A stretch of 64,000 nucleotides of DNA from NCBI GenBank assembly GCA_031413715.1, contig JANOFO010000010.1, forward strand, positions 302-64,301. The letters are read 5' to 3'. Numbering within the stretch: the first letter of the stretch is position 1; every line of letters begins with the position of its first letter. The notes beneath the pieces were generated by a model that was not told the DNA's origin, did no database searches, and saw only the letters and a program-made list of their open reading frames with translations. This DNA is from Minisyncoccota bacterium. Its GTDB lineage: Bacteria; Patescibacteriota; Minisyncoccia; Phycocordibacterales; UBA9973. Of this stretch, positions 18,550 through 28,680 are shown in pieces. The translations under genes were made by a program, and so were the position numbers.

Positions 18550-19569
18550 ATGAAAACATATACCTTTCACATAAACGGAATGCATTGCAAGGCTTGTATC
18601 TTTCTTACAGAAAGCGAGTTGATGGATGTTCCTAATGTTAGTTCTGCAAAATCAAATCTTAATACTCATACAGTAGAACTCACGGGAGATTTTGGAAATA
18701 AATCAGAAGAAGTAATTGCATCAGAATTGACTGATGTTCTCAAAAAACACGGCTACACCCTCTCTGTAGAAAAGCAAAAAAAAACTAAAAATTGGTCTGA
18801 TTTCAAAATTGCTATACCCGTAGCAATTGGGTTTGCCGTTCTTTTCGTTGCTCTGCAAAAAATGGGCATAGTGAACCTCGTAAATACGAGCAATGTTTCC
18901 TATGGTACTGCATTTGTAATTGGCATTATCGCATCGCTTTCAACCTGTATGGCGGTGGTGGGTGGGTTGCTTCTTTCTATGTCGGCAACATTTGCTAAAG
19001 AGGGAGATAAGATAAAACCACAACTTCTATTTCACGGAGGCAGAATTGTCTCATTCTTTATTCTCGGTGGTGTAATTGGAGCAATCGGTTCTGCTTTCGC
19101 ATTAAATACATCGGGGACATTTATATTGAGTGTAATTATTGGCATAGTGATGCTTATTCTTGGAATCAATCTTTTGGATGTATTCCATTTTGCAAAAAAA
19201 CTCCAGCCATCAATGCCAAAATTCTTTTCACGACACGCTCTTGGTGTATCGAAGTTCAATCATAGATTCACTCCACTTTTAGTAGGCATAGTCACTTTCT
19301 TTTTGCCTTGTGGGTTTACCCAATCAATGCAGATTTATACTCTTTCCACAGGGAGTTTTCTTAAAGGTGGCTTCACAATGCTTGCGTTTGCTTTAGGAAC
19401 TTTGCCCATACTTGCTTTAATTAGTTTCAGTTCTTTCAGTATTCATAACAGCTCCAAAGCAGGTATTTTCTTCAAGTCAGCAGGGCTTATTGTAATAATG
19501 TTTGCCCTGTTTAATCTTATCAATAGCTTGGTGGTAATCGGTTGGATACCACCTATATTTAATTTTTAG
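18550..19569 (+). CDS. HMA-domain-fused polytopic membrane protein (CcdA/DsbD- or TauE-like), putative metal handling
   Basis: N-terminal GMHCKAC heavy-metal-associated motif; Cys in TM helices (LSTCMAVVGG, FFLPCGFTQ). Confidence 0.45.
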   Translation: MKTYTFHINGMHCKACIFLTESELMDVPNVSSAKSNLNTHTVELTGDFGNKSEEVIASELTDVLKKHGYTLSVEKQKKTKNWSDFKIAIPVAIGFAVLFVALQKMGIVNLVNTSNVSYGTAFVIGIIASLSTCMAVVGGLLLSMSATFAKEGDKIKPQLLFHGGRIVSFFILGGVIGAIGSAFALNTSGTFILSVIIGIVMLILGINLLDVFHFAKKLQPSMPKFFSRHALGVSKFNHRFTPLLVGIVTFFLPCGFTQSMQIYTLSTGSFLKGGFTMLAFALGTLPILALISFSSFSIHNSSKAGIFFKSAGLIVIMFALFNLINSLVVIGWIPPIFNF

Positions 19570-19581
19570 TATAATTACTTT

Positions 19582-19971
19582 ATGAAAGGAACGATAATAT
19601 CAATCATAGCTGTAGTTGTCCTCATCGGAGGGGCTATTGTACTTACCCAAGGGGGTGGAAAGACAAATGACAATATACCCGTAAAAAATGTAACTGTGGT
19701 AGATGGAAAACAGATTATTGAAGTAACGGCAAAAGGTGGTTATCTTCCAGAGAAGAGTATCGCTAAAGCAGGCATTCCTACTGTATTAAGGTTCAATACG
19801 AGTGGAACCTTTGATTGTTCGGCTTCTGTGCGTATTCCTAGTATGGATATTAGTAAAAATCTTCCTGCGTCAGGAGCTACCGATATAGAACTTGGCAACC
19901 CTAAACTCGGCACACTGCAAGGAACCTGTGGAATGGGGATGTATCCTTTTGAGATTGAATTTCAGAGCTAG
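19582..19971 (+). CDS. secreted/anchored putative copper-binding protein with C-terminal CGMGMY motif, cupredoxin-like size
   Basis: N-terminal TM/signal; Cys/Met-rich TCGMGMYPF near the C-terminus; no His at all; sits in the cop cluster. Confidence 0.35.
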   Translation: MKGTIISIIAVVVLIGGAIVLTQGGGKTNDNIPVKNVTVVDGKQIIEVTAKGGYLPEKSIAKAGIPTVLRFNTSGTFDCSASVRIPSMDISKNLPASGATDIELGNPKLGTLQGTCGMGMYPFEIEFQS

Positions 19972-20665
19972 AAACAAAAAACCAAATAGGTAAAATTTCC
20001 CACTATAGGTATATAGAATTTTACCCATAAGAAAGAGAGGTCTACGCCCTTTTTAGTGTATCTGTTTATATTTGGTGCTAGATGGTACACAAACGTACAA
20101 CCTGGTACACATTTTGCTTATACCAGTAGGCTATCAGGTTGGTACTTTGATGGTATAGACATGACAATGAATACCTTGACCCAAATCTAGGAACAGACAC
20201 TACGTACTGGTACGTACCCAGACAAGAAAACTTTTTCTAGAAATAGCTCCTGTGACATGGGCTGTCCCTCCTAAAATAAAATCTCGCGCCAGGAAAACAC
20301 CCACCACCCCAAATACGAAAAATGGAGCTTCTATGCTCCTTTCCTTGAACCGAGTATAATAAGCCTATTAGGGGGCTGTTTAAGCCACAATAGCGAGCAA
20401 CTGACGCATCTGTTGCAGGGAGACGCTAGGATAAGGGAAGATTTCTTCCCATTTAACAGTTCGTACATAGTCCCCCCAAGCCCGCTAGCATAAATTGCTT
20501 TGCAATTTTGCGCGTAAGCGAGAAAGAGAACTACTTCTCTTTCGTGTGCGATCAATAGATTGTAACGTGAGGAAGATTCGAAAGACTTTTCGCTATCGAG
20601 TTTACTCGATCGAAAAGTACCTGGCTACGTGGTAGCTGAAAAGCGTAATCGCGGTCTCTCATTTG

Positions 20666-21274
20666 CTATAAAAGTTTGAAGTTATCTTCTTTTACCAAGA
20701 CCGCTTCATCATCTCGTAGAAGCTGTAATTTCACTTTGCCTGACCAATCCTTAAGAATCGATTGAAATTCTTGTTCGTGCTTCTCTTTTCCATAATGTGG
20801 AAGTATGACAAGATCAATTAATCCGAAACTTTCAAAGGATTTAAGATTAGGTGCCTCATCTGGATCATCGAATACTTTCACTGGCTCAATTGTTGGGCCT
20901 GCTATTACCGAACCAGCACTTGATCCAATATATATCTTACCTTCATCTATTAGTTTTACGATCACTTTATCGAATCCGCTTTTCTCGGCATAATAGAGAA
21001 GATAGAATGTATTGCCTCCAGAAACAAAAATGATATCTTTTTTGCTTAGAAACTTATAAAGTTCTTCTTCATTTTTATCTTTAATATCAAGATCTTCAAC
21101 TTCCATTCCGAGATCGACAAGTGCTTGTCGATCGGCATCCATCCAAGGCTTAGTATCGTACATATCCGCAGCTGTGGGTATAAAAGCGACTTTCATACTA
21201 GGAGTAACATGTATATTTTCTTTGAATTTATCTGTAACTACGCTAAACATAGATGTAAGAAATAGAGTTTTCAT
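20666..21274 (-). CDS. peptidase E / S51 family (cyanophycinase-like) peptidase
   Basis: IFVSGGNTFYLL and GSSAGS motifs. Confidence 0.65.
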   Translation of the reverse strand: MKTLFLTSMFSVVTDKFKENIHVTPSMKVAFIPTAADMYDTKPWMDADRQALVDLGMEVEDLDIKDKNEEELYKFLSKKDIIFVSGGNTFYLLYYAEKSGFDKVIVKLIDEGKIYIGSSAGSVIAGPTIEPVKVFDDPDEAPNLKSFESFGLIDLVILPHYGKEKHEQEFQSILKDWSGKVKLQLLRDDEAVLVKEDNFKLL

Positions 21275-21391
21275 ATGAAGATAGTATATCAGAAGACTGA
21301 CTCACATGCCTCAGCTAGGCACTCCAAAACATGCTAAAATACCCTTACAAAGGTTACAGTATATATAAATACGAAGAGCCTATTGATAAAC

Positions 21392-22156
21392 TTATTCCAG
21401 AAAAACGAGGCCGACCATTAGAACTACTCCCAAAATTAGAGAAAGCAATTGCAAGAAGGAGTCGCTTCCTTTTTTAGTTTTATGAAGTTCAGGGATCAAA
21501 TCTGCAACTGCAATATAAATAAATCCTCCGGCAGCTACTGGTAAAATCCAACTAGCAAAGCTCTCACTCGCCTCTCCCAATAGAAACACCAAAAGAACGC
21601 CGAGCACTGCTGTAATCGCTGACAAGAAGTTGAGCCATAAGGCTCGCTTTCTTGTATACCCTGCATGAAGCAATACGGCAAAATCGCCTATTTCCTGAGG
21701 TATTTCGTGAAGCATGACCGCGAGTGTGGTAGCAATACCTAATGGAACACTGACTAGAAAGCTTATTCCGATAATTACTCCATCTATAAAGTTATGAACA
21801 CCGTCTGAAAAAAGTACTAGTTTTCCCACGGGATGAATATGAGATTCATGAGTATCATCACCATGATGATGCCAATGCATAAACTTTTCCAATACGAAAA
21901 ATACAAAAATCCCTAGGATTATGAGTAAACTAATCGTAAGAGGATTAGTTGAAGTTTCAAATGCTTCTGGAATCAAGTGTATTAATGCATCTCCCAAAAG
22001 GGCTCCTACTGCCAAGCTGACCAGTAAGAAAATATACTTTTTTATAAGTTCTTCTTTCATAGAAAGAGCAAAGACTCCAATTAAAGAAATCGAGCTTACT
22101 ATGATAACAGCTATTAATGCATAGAGATATGGGGTAATCATAATTATTGGTAACAA
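21392..22156 (-). CDS. zupT: ZIP-family zinc transporter (ZupT-like)
   Basis: HEIPQEIGDFAVLL motif; His-rich loop HWHHHGDDTHESH. Confidence 0.8.
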   Translation of the reverse strand: MLPIIMITPYLYALIAVIIVSSISLIGVFALSMKEELIKKYIFLLVSLAVGALLGDALIHLIPEAFETSTNPLTISLLIILGIFVFFVLEKFMHWHHHGDDTHESHIHPVGKLVLFSDGVHNFIDGVIIGISFLVSVPLGIATTLAVMLHEIPQEIGDFAVLLHAGYTRKRALWLNFLSAITAVLGVLLVFLLGEASESFASWILPVAAGGFIYIAVADLIPELHKTKKGSDSFLQLLSLILGVVLMVGLVFLE

Positions 22157-22557
22157 CTCTTACAAAGCCCAAAGAGTTCCAAAGAGTGGTCTTTTATGTT
22201 AATAAATTTGGAAGAATTGCGAGCTATTCCTCCTAAAACTTTTTCTATAGTTTTATTTTCAAAATCCTCAACCGTATCGCATTTTAAGCAAATAATATGA
22301 TGGTGATGTTTTTCGGCAAGTTCAAAAAAGGCTGATTCCTTTCTAAAATCAATTTTTCTTAAAATTTCCGCTTGTTCAAGCAAAGATAGAGTTCGATATA
22401 CTGTTGCTTCGTTTATATCTTTATTTTTCTTTTCTTTCACTAGCTCGCGACAAACATCTTCTGCTGTTAGAGGGAGTTTGCTTTTATTAAAAATACTAAG
22501 AATAGCCAGTCGTGCTGGTGTCACCTTATACCCATTTTCTTTCAGTATTTCCTGCAT
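22144..22557 (-). CDS. zur: Fur-family regulator, probably Zur
   Basis: PARLAILSIF...TVYRTL; HHHHIIC and LKCDTVEDF metal sites; directly upstream of the ZIP transporter. Confidence 0.8.
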   Translation of the reverse strand: MQEILKENGYKVTPARLAILSIFNKSKLPLTAEDVCRELVKEKKNKDINEATVYRTLSLLEQAEILRKIDFRKESAFFELAEKHHHHIICLKCDTVEDFENKTIEKVLGGIARNSSKFINIKDHSLELFGLCKSCYQ

Positions 22558-22693
22558 TGGTTAACTATATTCTAAATGCAAATCATTTGCAAGTGGATAA
22601 CAAAGATACAAGTAACGAGCTTATCATAACTGGAAAATAAAAAGACTACTCTAAAGTAGTCTTTTTGCATGAGTGTTGTTATACTATATATAC

Positions 22694-23164
22694 ATGGAAG
22701 AGAAGAATATAAGAATAATGGAGTGGGAGGCTCCTGAATATACTCACAAGGAAAAAAGCATGGATTTCTTGTGGACAATCGCCCTTATCGCGCTCGCTGT
22801 TGCGATACTCGCACTCTGGTTCCACAATTATGTGTTTGCAATTTTTATCTTGATTTCTGGCGCATGTCTTATATTCTTTACTTTGCGTAAACCCGAGAAT
22901 ATGCACTTTGCCATTAGCACCGAAGGTGTCCAGATGGGCAAAGACAAGCATCCATGGAAAAGCATCAAGAGCTTTGATATAAAAAATGGCGAGCCTTACA
23001 ACAAACTGATGATAGTTACCTCGCGGTATTTTTTGCCGGTATATGCTATTCCCTTACCTCAATCCCTCGCAAAAGAAGTAACCGAAGATTTACTCACTGT
23101 TATTCCTAGAATTGAAATGGAGGAATCGCGTTCAATGCTTTTCATGGAGAAGCTCGGGTTCTAA
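22694..23164 (+). CDS. hypothetical membrane protein
   Basis: Start at the internal Met (MEEKN); two TM helices. Confidence 0.3.
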   Translation: MEEKNIRIMEWEAPEYTHKEKSMDFLWTIALIALAVAILALWFHNYVFAIFILISGACLIFFTLRKPENMHFAISTEGVQMGKDKHPWKSIKSFDIKNGEPYNKLMIVTSRYFLPVYAIPLPQSLAKEVTEDLLTVIPRIEMEESRSMLFMEKLGF

Positions 23165-23188
23165 ACCTTATATGCCATTTTTTATCTC

Positions 23189-23794
23189 TTAATATTCTAG
23201 CAGTTTCCCTGCTTTGATCTCTATTGGGTCGGCTTTTCTAAAATTCTTAATCATTTTTGGACTAACGATTTTGATATGAGGCGAGTCATCAAGGGAAGCC
23301 CCTATATTCCAAAGATCGTCCTCCTCGATAATCCATGACACCCCAAACTTTTTTAAATTAAATGGCTTCGAAAAGCTCTCGAGTGTTTTTCTGCCGTCGT
23401 GGTTGGTAAAGTATTCATGGAAGTAGGACATTGCCAGTTCTCGGACATTTTTATATACAGGCTCGCGATAACGGAGCACTGCGTGATTCGTTTTAGATAT
23501 GGCACCCCACCGGTCATCTTTTTTAAAGAGGGCAACGACATGATCAAAGTCTTTCTTAGAACTTTTCAAATCAAGGAGAAGTGGCTTGTGTCCATGGAAC
23601 CATAATATTGCTGCGGCCAGATACGCGCCTTCGAGGCAATGAGCTGTCCCGCGCGCAAGCGTAACACGTGGAGATGAACATGTTTCGCCATTCTTCTCAA
23701 AGTTGGGAGGAAGCGTATCGATAAAATCCTGGATCTTAGCCGGGGTATTTAATTTCTTAAAAATTTTTATTTCTTTTTTAGTGAGCCCGAACAT
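23189..23794 (-). CDS. hypothetical protein, possible transglutaminase-like Cys-His fold
   Basis: HCLEGAYLAAAILWFHG region; weak call. Confidence 0.3.
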   Translation of the reverse strand: MFGLTKKEIKIFKKLNTPAKIQDFIDTLPPNFEKNGETCSSPRVTLARGTAHCLEGAYLAAAILWFHGHKPLLLDLKSSKKDFDHVVALFKKDDRWGAISKTNHAVLRYREPVYKNVRELAMSYFHEYFTNHDGRKTLESFSKPFNLKKFGVSWIIEEDDLWNIGASLDDSPHIKIVSPKMIKNFRKADPIEIKAGKLLEY

Positions 23795-23877
23795 AAGAGA
23801 ATTATATCACTAAATAATATAAAAAAGCGCCGGTATCGACGCTTTTTAAAAATGATGAGGAGGTTATAGTTTTGAAG

Positions 23878-24333
23878 TTACTTTGAATTAAACCGCCAGT
23901 TGCTCAGCTTGATCAAAGTTATCCATTCATACCAACTTTCAATACAGAAAGCTCTGGGTTGTATCGGGATAATATCTGTCGTTTCGAACTCCTGTTTCCT
24001 TGATAATTTGATTTCTGCATCATACATCAACCCTTCATTGAAAGGGTTATCTATTTTGAGCATTGTCAAATGCTCTGTTTTTTCTCCTTTAACTTTAACC
24101 ACGCAGAGCATGGTTATTACAACAGTTTTTGCCGGGTCTATTATTTTACTTACTCGTGTAACAGATTCGACGGAGCCATTAGTACGGCGTTGGACCTCAA
24201 TCAGGATTTTCTGGCCACAGCTGATTGTATCAGATTGAATGTTTGTAGATCCTAGAAAATTTTGTTCATAGTTGTTCTGGTTCCTCACAAAAATAAAAGC
24301 AAGGAAGACCCAGATAAACAGGATACTTTTCAT
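23878..24333 (-). CDS. secreted hypothetical protein
   Basis: N-terminal signal peptide. Confidence 0.35.
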   Translation of the reverse strand: MKSILFIWVFLAFIFVRNQNNYEQNFLGSTNIQSDTISCGQKILIEVQRRTNGSVESVTRVSKIIDPAKTVVITMLCVVKVKGEKTEHLTMLKIDNPFNEGLMYDAEIKLSRKQEFETTDIIPIQPRAFCIESWYEWITLIKLSNWRFNSK

Positions 24334-24501
24334 TTTTTGTATTTTTTATGTTAAATAATTACAATACCTACAAACGTTCAAATCTTGAGCCCTTGTAGGT
24401 ATTGTAATCAGACTTTTCCTCATACTGACAGATTATGGATATTTGTCAAATAAAAATTACCTATAGCTCGTTTGTCTTATAGAATCTGATATACTCGATA
24501 T

Positions 24502-24936
24502 ATGTGGATCATCTTTGCTATAGGCGCTTCTCTATTTTGGGGACTTACCTATGTTTTCAATGAGCAGATATATAAAAAGATCTCTATCTCTACGTTCTTG
24601 GGACTAGCATCGCTTTTCATCTGTATTGTTACCATCGCCTTTTCCTATTTCTCTGGCAACTTTAGCAAAGATCTGACGACTCTCGCTTCATCACGTACGC
24701 TCATCCTATATGTTGGACTCAGTATGATATTCCTCCTCGTCGCGGAGTTGTTCATCGGATCTTCGATAACTGCCAAGAATGCCACGCTCGCCGGACTTAT
24801 CGAGATATCATACCCGATATTCATAGCTCTTTTTAGTTTCCTTCTCTTCAAGAATAGTCAAATCACCTCTTCGACCATCGTCGGAGGAGTTTTGATCTTT
24901 GCAGGAATATTTATCATCTATTATTTCAATAGATAG
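24502..24936 (+). CDS. small EamA/DMT-like 4-TM membrane protein
   Basis: Four hydrophobic helices, ~144 aa. Confidence 0.4.
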   Translation: MWIIFAIGASLFWGLTYVFNEQIYKKISISTFLGLASLFICIVTIAFSYFSGNFSKDLTTLASSRTLILYVGLSMIFLLVAELFIGSSITAKNATLAGLIEISYPIFIALFSFLLFKNSQITSSTIVGGVLIFAGIFIIYYFNR

Positions 24937-25024
24937 GATGATCGCGCTTGGCAGATTCTGGAATATAAAAGATTTAGAAATACCAAGAACTTCAAAAAGG
25001 CCATTTATATGGTAAAATCAACTC

Positions 25025-25483
25025 ATGGAATTTTCACCCCTCAATGCAAGGCCAAAAACCAAAGAAGAACTAGGAATTGAAGTTGCCCCACAATTTCATG
25101 AAAAAACAAAAGAATGTTTATCGATTTCCAATAAAATTGCCTTGTTTGTTACAAATGCTGTAGGTACACTTTGGTGTGCATTAGTATTTGCCATTTTAGC
25201 CCTTATCAGCCTTCCACAAGAAATTCATGGAGGGACTACTTCTATCATCGATTGGATAACGCAAACATTCTTGCAATTAGTCTTGCTTTCTATCATCTTG
25301 GTTGGGCAAAACATTCAAACAAAGCGTTCTGAATTAAAATCAGAAATAGACCTCAAAACTGATCTAGCTATAAAAAAAGAACTGGAAATACTAATAGGTA
25401 GGGTAGATATAATTGAAGCCGGACAAGCTAAAAAACTTGATAAAATTCTAAAAATTTTAGAAAGCAAAGGGTCTGCTAAATAA
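25025..25483 (+). CDS. hypothetical membrane protein with C-terminal coiled coil
   Basis: ORF; TM helices. Confidence 0.3.
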   Translation: MEFSPLNARPKTKEELGIEVAPQFHEKTKECLSISNKIALFVTNAVGTLWCALVFAILALISLPQEIHGGTTSIIDWITQTFLQLVLLSIILVGQNIQTKRSELKSEIDLKTDLAIKKELEILIGRVDIIEAGQAKKLDKILKILESKGSAK

Positions 25484-25564
25484 ATATGAAATTTGTAGCT
25501 AAATAGGGGCCGCTCCTGCTTCAAGGGATACTTGATCCAACATTAGTGTTTATCAAAGATATAT

Positions 25565-28441
25565 TTATAATCCTGTCACTACTTTAAGCATATGCCGTGT
25601 CTTCGAGCCGACGATACCGCTCGGTGGCTTAACAAAATATTTCAACTGGAATGCACGGACCGATACTTGTGTTTGCCTGCCATATTTTCCATCAATGATG
25701 TCCTGGTGACTTCCCTCATCGGCAAGGAGTTGTTGGAGACTCTTGACCGCTTCGCCAGCATCTCCTGGTTTCAAGTCTTTTTCGAGCACTCGAGCATCAC
25801 CCGGGATATCAAGGGTGACAAGGGATTGTGATACGAGGTTAAGTTGTTTCTGAGTTGCTACATCTGTGACACCAGTGATCGGCAGTTTGTATTTTGACTG
25901 AAATTGTTTCAAACCTTTTTCTGTCACGGCACCAAACTTTCCGTCGATAATAGTTGTCGGATAGAACTCGCCATCTAATGCAAGTACATGCTGAACATGT
26001 TCGATTTCGATATGAGTATCGCCTTTTTCCCAAACAGTTGTGAAATGTTCTTCTACGCCGAGTGGCATGATAACCGGTGTCTCACGCAACACCACTTGTC
26101 CAACTGATCCGCCACCCGATGATTTTCCGGAAGAACCTCCTCGTGAAGAAGAAAGTACTGCAATCGGTGCAAGTGAGACGCGGACTGATTCTGAATACGT
26201 TCTAGCGTGGTCGTATGAATAGAATGCGTAATAGTAGGTGGTGCCATTGTTCACATCCGTGTCAGTGAATGTTTCGCTGTCGCTTTCAAAAACGACGGTG
26301 CCATCCGCGGGCGTTGTCGGATAATTTCCCGCTTTCTTAACAATGATTGTTCGAACAAAATCGGCTTCATTTGGATTGTTCCAGGTGAAGACAATCTGCT
26401 CATCGAGGCCGGTGGCATTCACGAATGTCGGATGTGCGATTGGAAGTGAGGTTGTCGTTTCGGGAATGAACGGTTCTGCTGTTCCAGAATCTCCTCCTGT
26501 TGTGGAATTTCCGCTTTCAACAACCAACCCGTTGCCAGAATTGTCATTGATTATTTCGTTGAGAGAATCATTAGGCGATCCCACTGGAACCGAAGCAAGA
26601 GTCGTCGCTGAAACGACATTAGAAAGAACTGACCAGTCGCCAGTCTCGTACTTTTGTTTGAGAGCGAAATAATACATGGTGTTTGGACTAAGTCCTGCAA
26701 CCAGATATGTTCGCGCGGTTCCAGATGGCGAAAGTTCTGGGTATATAATCGGCGTTAGTTGTGCGGATATTGCAGCGTTCCAATTCGATTCAGTGATTAG
26801 ACTCGTGCTGTAACGCACTTCAGTGAACATACCCGCGTCGGAATCTGCTGATGAAGTGTTCCATGAAAGCTGTGCCGATGTGGCGTCATGTCCAGAAACG
26901 GAAAGGTTCGAGATCGCGCTCGGTGCAGAAACTGTTGTTGTGGCATGCGTCGTCGTGAAAGTATGATCATCCGAATAAGTAATGTCGCCTGCCACAGTTA
27001 CTGCCTTGATGCGATAGTGGTACGTCGTACTCGGGACGAGATCGTCCAAGCCAACACTCTGAGAAGACTGACTTGTTTGCATTGTTGTCGTCTGTCCGTA
27101 TTGGGTTGAGATTCCGTATTCAACGTGTCCTGTCGCAGCTATGTCCGTCGTCCATGAGACATTTGCGCTCGTAGTACTGACATTACTCGAAGAAACCGAG
27201 AGAATAGTTGCCGGAGTGGTGACGAAGATCGGCACGATAAGCGTCGAGAATTCATGAAGGTTCGACACTGTTGCAACGCTTGCGGGAGTGGGCTTGGACT
27301 TCACGCGGAAGTAATAACTAGTGTCGGGTGAAAGATTTGAAATGGTAACTGAATGGTTTGTGGTGAGATTTGAATTGAGAGTCGTATGCAAGCCAAGATT
27401 GATATTGTTGCCATATTCCGCTTGCGAATCGCTTAGTAGATCCGTCGTCCATGTGATTGTTGCAGATGTTTCCCCGATAGTCGAAGCCTCGACGCTTGAG
27501 ACAAGGAGTGTCGGCGCGATCAGTGTTCCTGTCGGAGCTGTTACGATTGTCTCACCTGTTCCCACAAGTGCCGCTGTGGTGAATGTCTCATCAGGCGTGT
27601 ACGCCGTATTTCCGATACCGTCGTGCGACGTAATGCGGTAGTGATACGTCGTGTTCGGTAACAAACTTGAGAGAGTAACGCTGTGAGCTGGTGCGTAGTC
27701 ACTGCTTGCATTAACCGTTGTGCCATAGTTCATTGTTGTGCCATATTCCACATACCCGTTAGCAACCTGGTCGGTTGTCCACGATATTCCGGCAGAAGTG
27801 GTCGTGACAGGAGAAACCGAAACTGTGAGGATGGTCGGCGGATTCGTATCAGCTTGCACCACTTCTATCGCGGTCGTGAACGAATGACCACAAGAATCCG
27901 AGGTATTATTGAAAAGGTCAGTCGCGTCAATACAGTAATAATAGGTGGTTGCTGGAGATAAGTTGAGCATCGTCGCTACATGAACAAGAGCACCGCCTGT
28001 CCCAAGAGTTACTGTTGATCCATAACTTGTCGTCGTTCCATAACGAAAATGAGAAACTGCGAGCTCGTTTGTCACCCATGCGACGGTTGCCTCAGTCGGC
28101 AACAGCGATGCCGAGACAATATCGGTTATGACCGGCGGTGTCGTATCGAAAACTGTTATTGTAGGAACAGTCGTCTCTGATCCTGTTGATGTATTAGCAG
28201 AGACAGTTGTATCCCCAACAGTGGTTGAGGTCGTATCAGTACTCGTCGTCGTTTCCGTCGTCACTGTAGGAGTAGGTTCTGGTGCCGGAGGTGTAGCCTC
28301 GACAACTGTCGGCGCGGAATTGGTCGTCCCTACATCCACTTCACCGAGTGCGAGCGCCGGAGCGATCGGCGCGAAAAGAAAAGTTATGATAATAATGAAA
28401 GATGAAAACGATTGTAATTTTTTCATAATGCATTGGGCCAA
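25565..28441 (-). CDS. large secreted surface protein: Thr-rich linker, multiple Fn3/Ig-like repeats (recurrent TTYHYRI), C-terminal tandem peptidoglycan-binding (PG_binding_1-like) domains
   Basis: Signal peptide; repeated ...TTYHYRI / TTYYYC blocks; C-terminal ITGVTDVATQKQL and DGKYGRQTQVSVRAFQLKY. Confidence 0.55.
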   Translation of the reverse strand: MAQCIMKKLQSFSSFIIIITFLFAPIAPALALGEVDVGTTNSAPTVVEATPPAPEPTPTVTTETTTSTDTTSTTVGDTTVSANTSTGSETTVPTITVFDTTPPVITDIVSASLLPTEATVAWVTNELAVSHFRYGTTTSYGSTVTLGTGGALVHVATMLNLSPATTYYYCIDATDLFNNTSDSCGHSFTTAIEVVQADTNPPTILTVSVSPVTTTSAGISWTTDQVANGYVEYGTTMNYGTTVNASSDYAPAHSVTLSSLLPNTTYHYRITSHDGIGNTAYTPDETFTTAALVGTGETIVTAPTGTLIAPTLLVSSVEASTIGETSATITWTTDLLSDSQAEYGNNINLGLHTTLNSNLTTNHSVTISNLSPDTSYYFRVKSKPTPASVATVSNLHEFSTLIVPIFVTTPATILSVSSSNVSTTSANVSWTTDIAATGHVEYGISTQYGQTTTMQTSQSSQSVGLDDLVPSTTYHYRIKAVTVAGDITYSDDHTFTTTHATTTVSAPSAISNLSVSGHDATSAQLSWNTSSADSDAGMFTEVRYSTSLITESNWNAAISAQLTPIIYPELSPSGTARTYLVAGLSPNTMYYFALKQKYETGDWSVLSNVVSATTLASVPVGSPNDSLNEIINDNSGNGLVVESGNSTTGGDSGTAEPFIPETTTSLPIAHPTFVNATGLDEQIVFTWNNPNEADFVRTIIVKKAGNYPTTPADGTVVFESDSETFTDTDVNNGTTYYYAFYSYDHARTYSESVRVSLAPIAVLSSSRGGSSGKSSGGGSVGQVVLRETPVIMPLGVEEHFTTVWEKGDTHIEIEHVQHVLALDGEFYPTTIIDGKFGAVTEKGLKQFQSKYKLPITGVTDVATQKQLNLVSQSLVTLDIPGDARVLEKDLKPGDAGEAVKSLQQLLADEGSHQDIIDGKYGRQTQVSVRAFQLKYFVKPPSGIVGSKTRHMLKVVTGL

Positions 28442-28680
28442 AAAATGTAGAGTGTGCGGTCCAATACAAAGGTTGGTTTATTATTTTTAATAATAAAGAC
28501 TGATTTATTATAACATCTGCAATAGGAAATAGCTTGCAACGACAAGATTAAAACTTTTAAAAAATTTATTCATAGATTCTTATTTCACTTTAAAATAAGA
28601 CAACCGAGACACTAAAAGGCATATTCTTAATCGAGGGAATATCATTGACATAAATAATAAATCATTGTAATGTAACTTCC

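Noticed and set aside
20331-20555. 74-aa ORF in the GC-richer non-coding tract
   Set aside because: No start context and odd composition. The region looks non-coding. I also looked for tmRNA, RNase P and SRP RNA landmarks and found none.
19972-20665. Searched for a direct repeat of the tRNA-Ser 3' end (attR) here and elsewhere
   Set aside because: None found. Serine recombinases use short cores without long duplications, so absence is uninformative.
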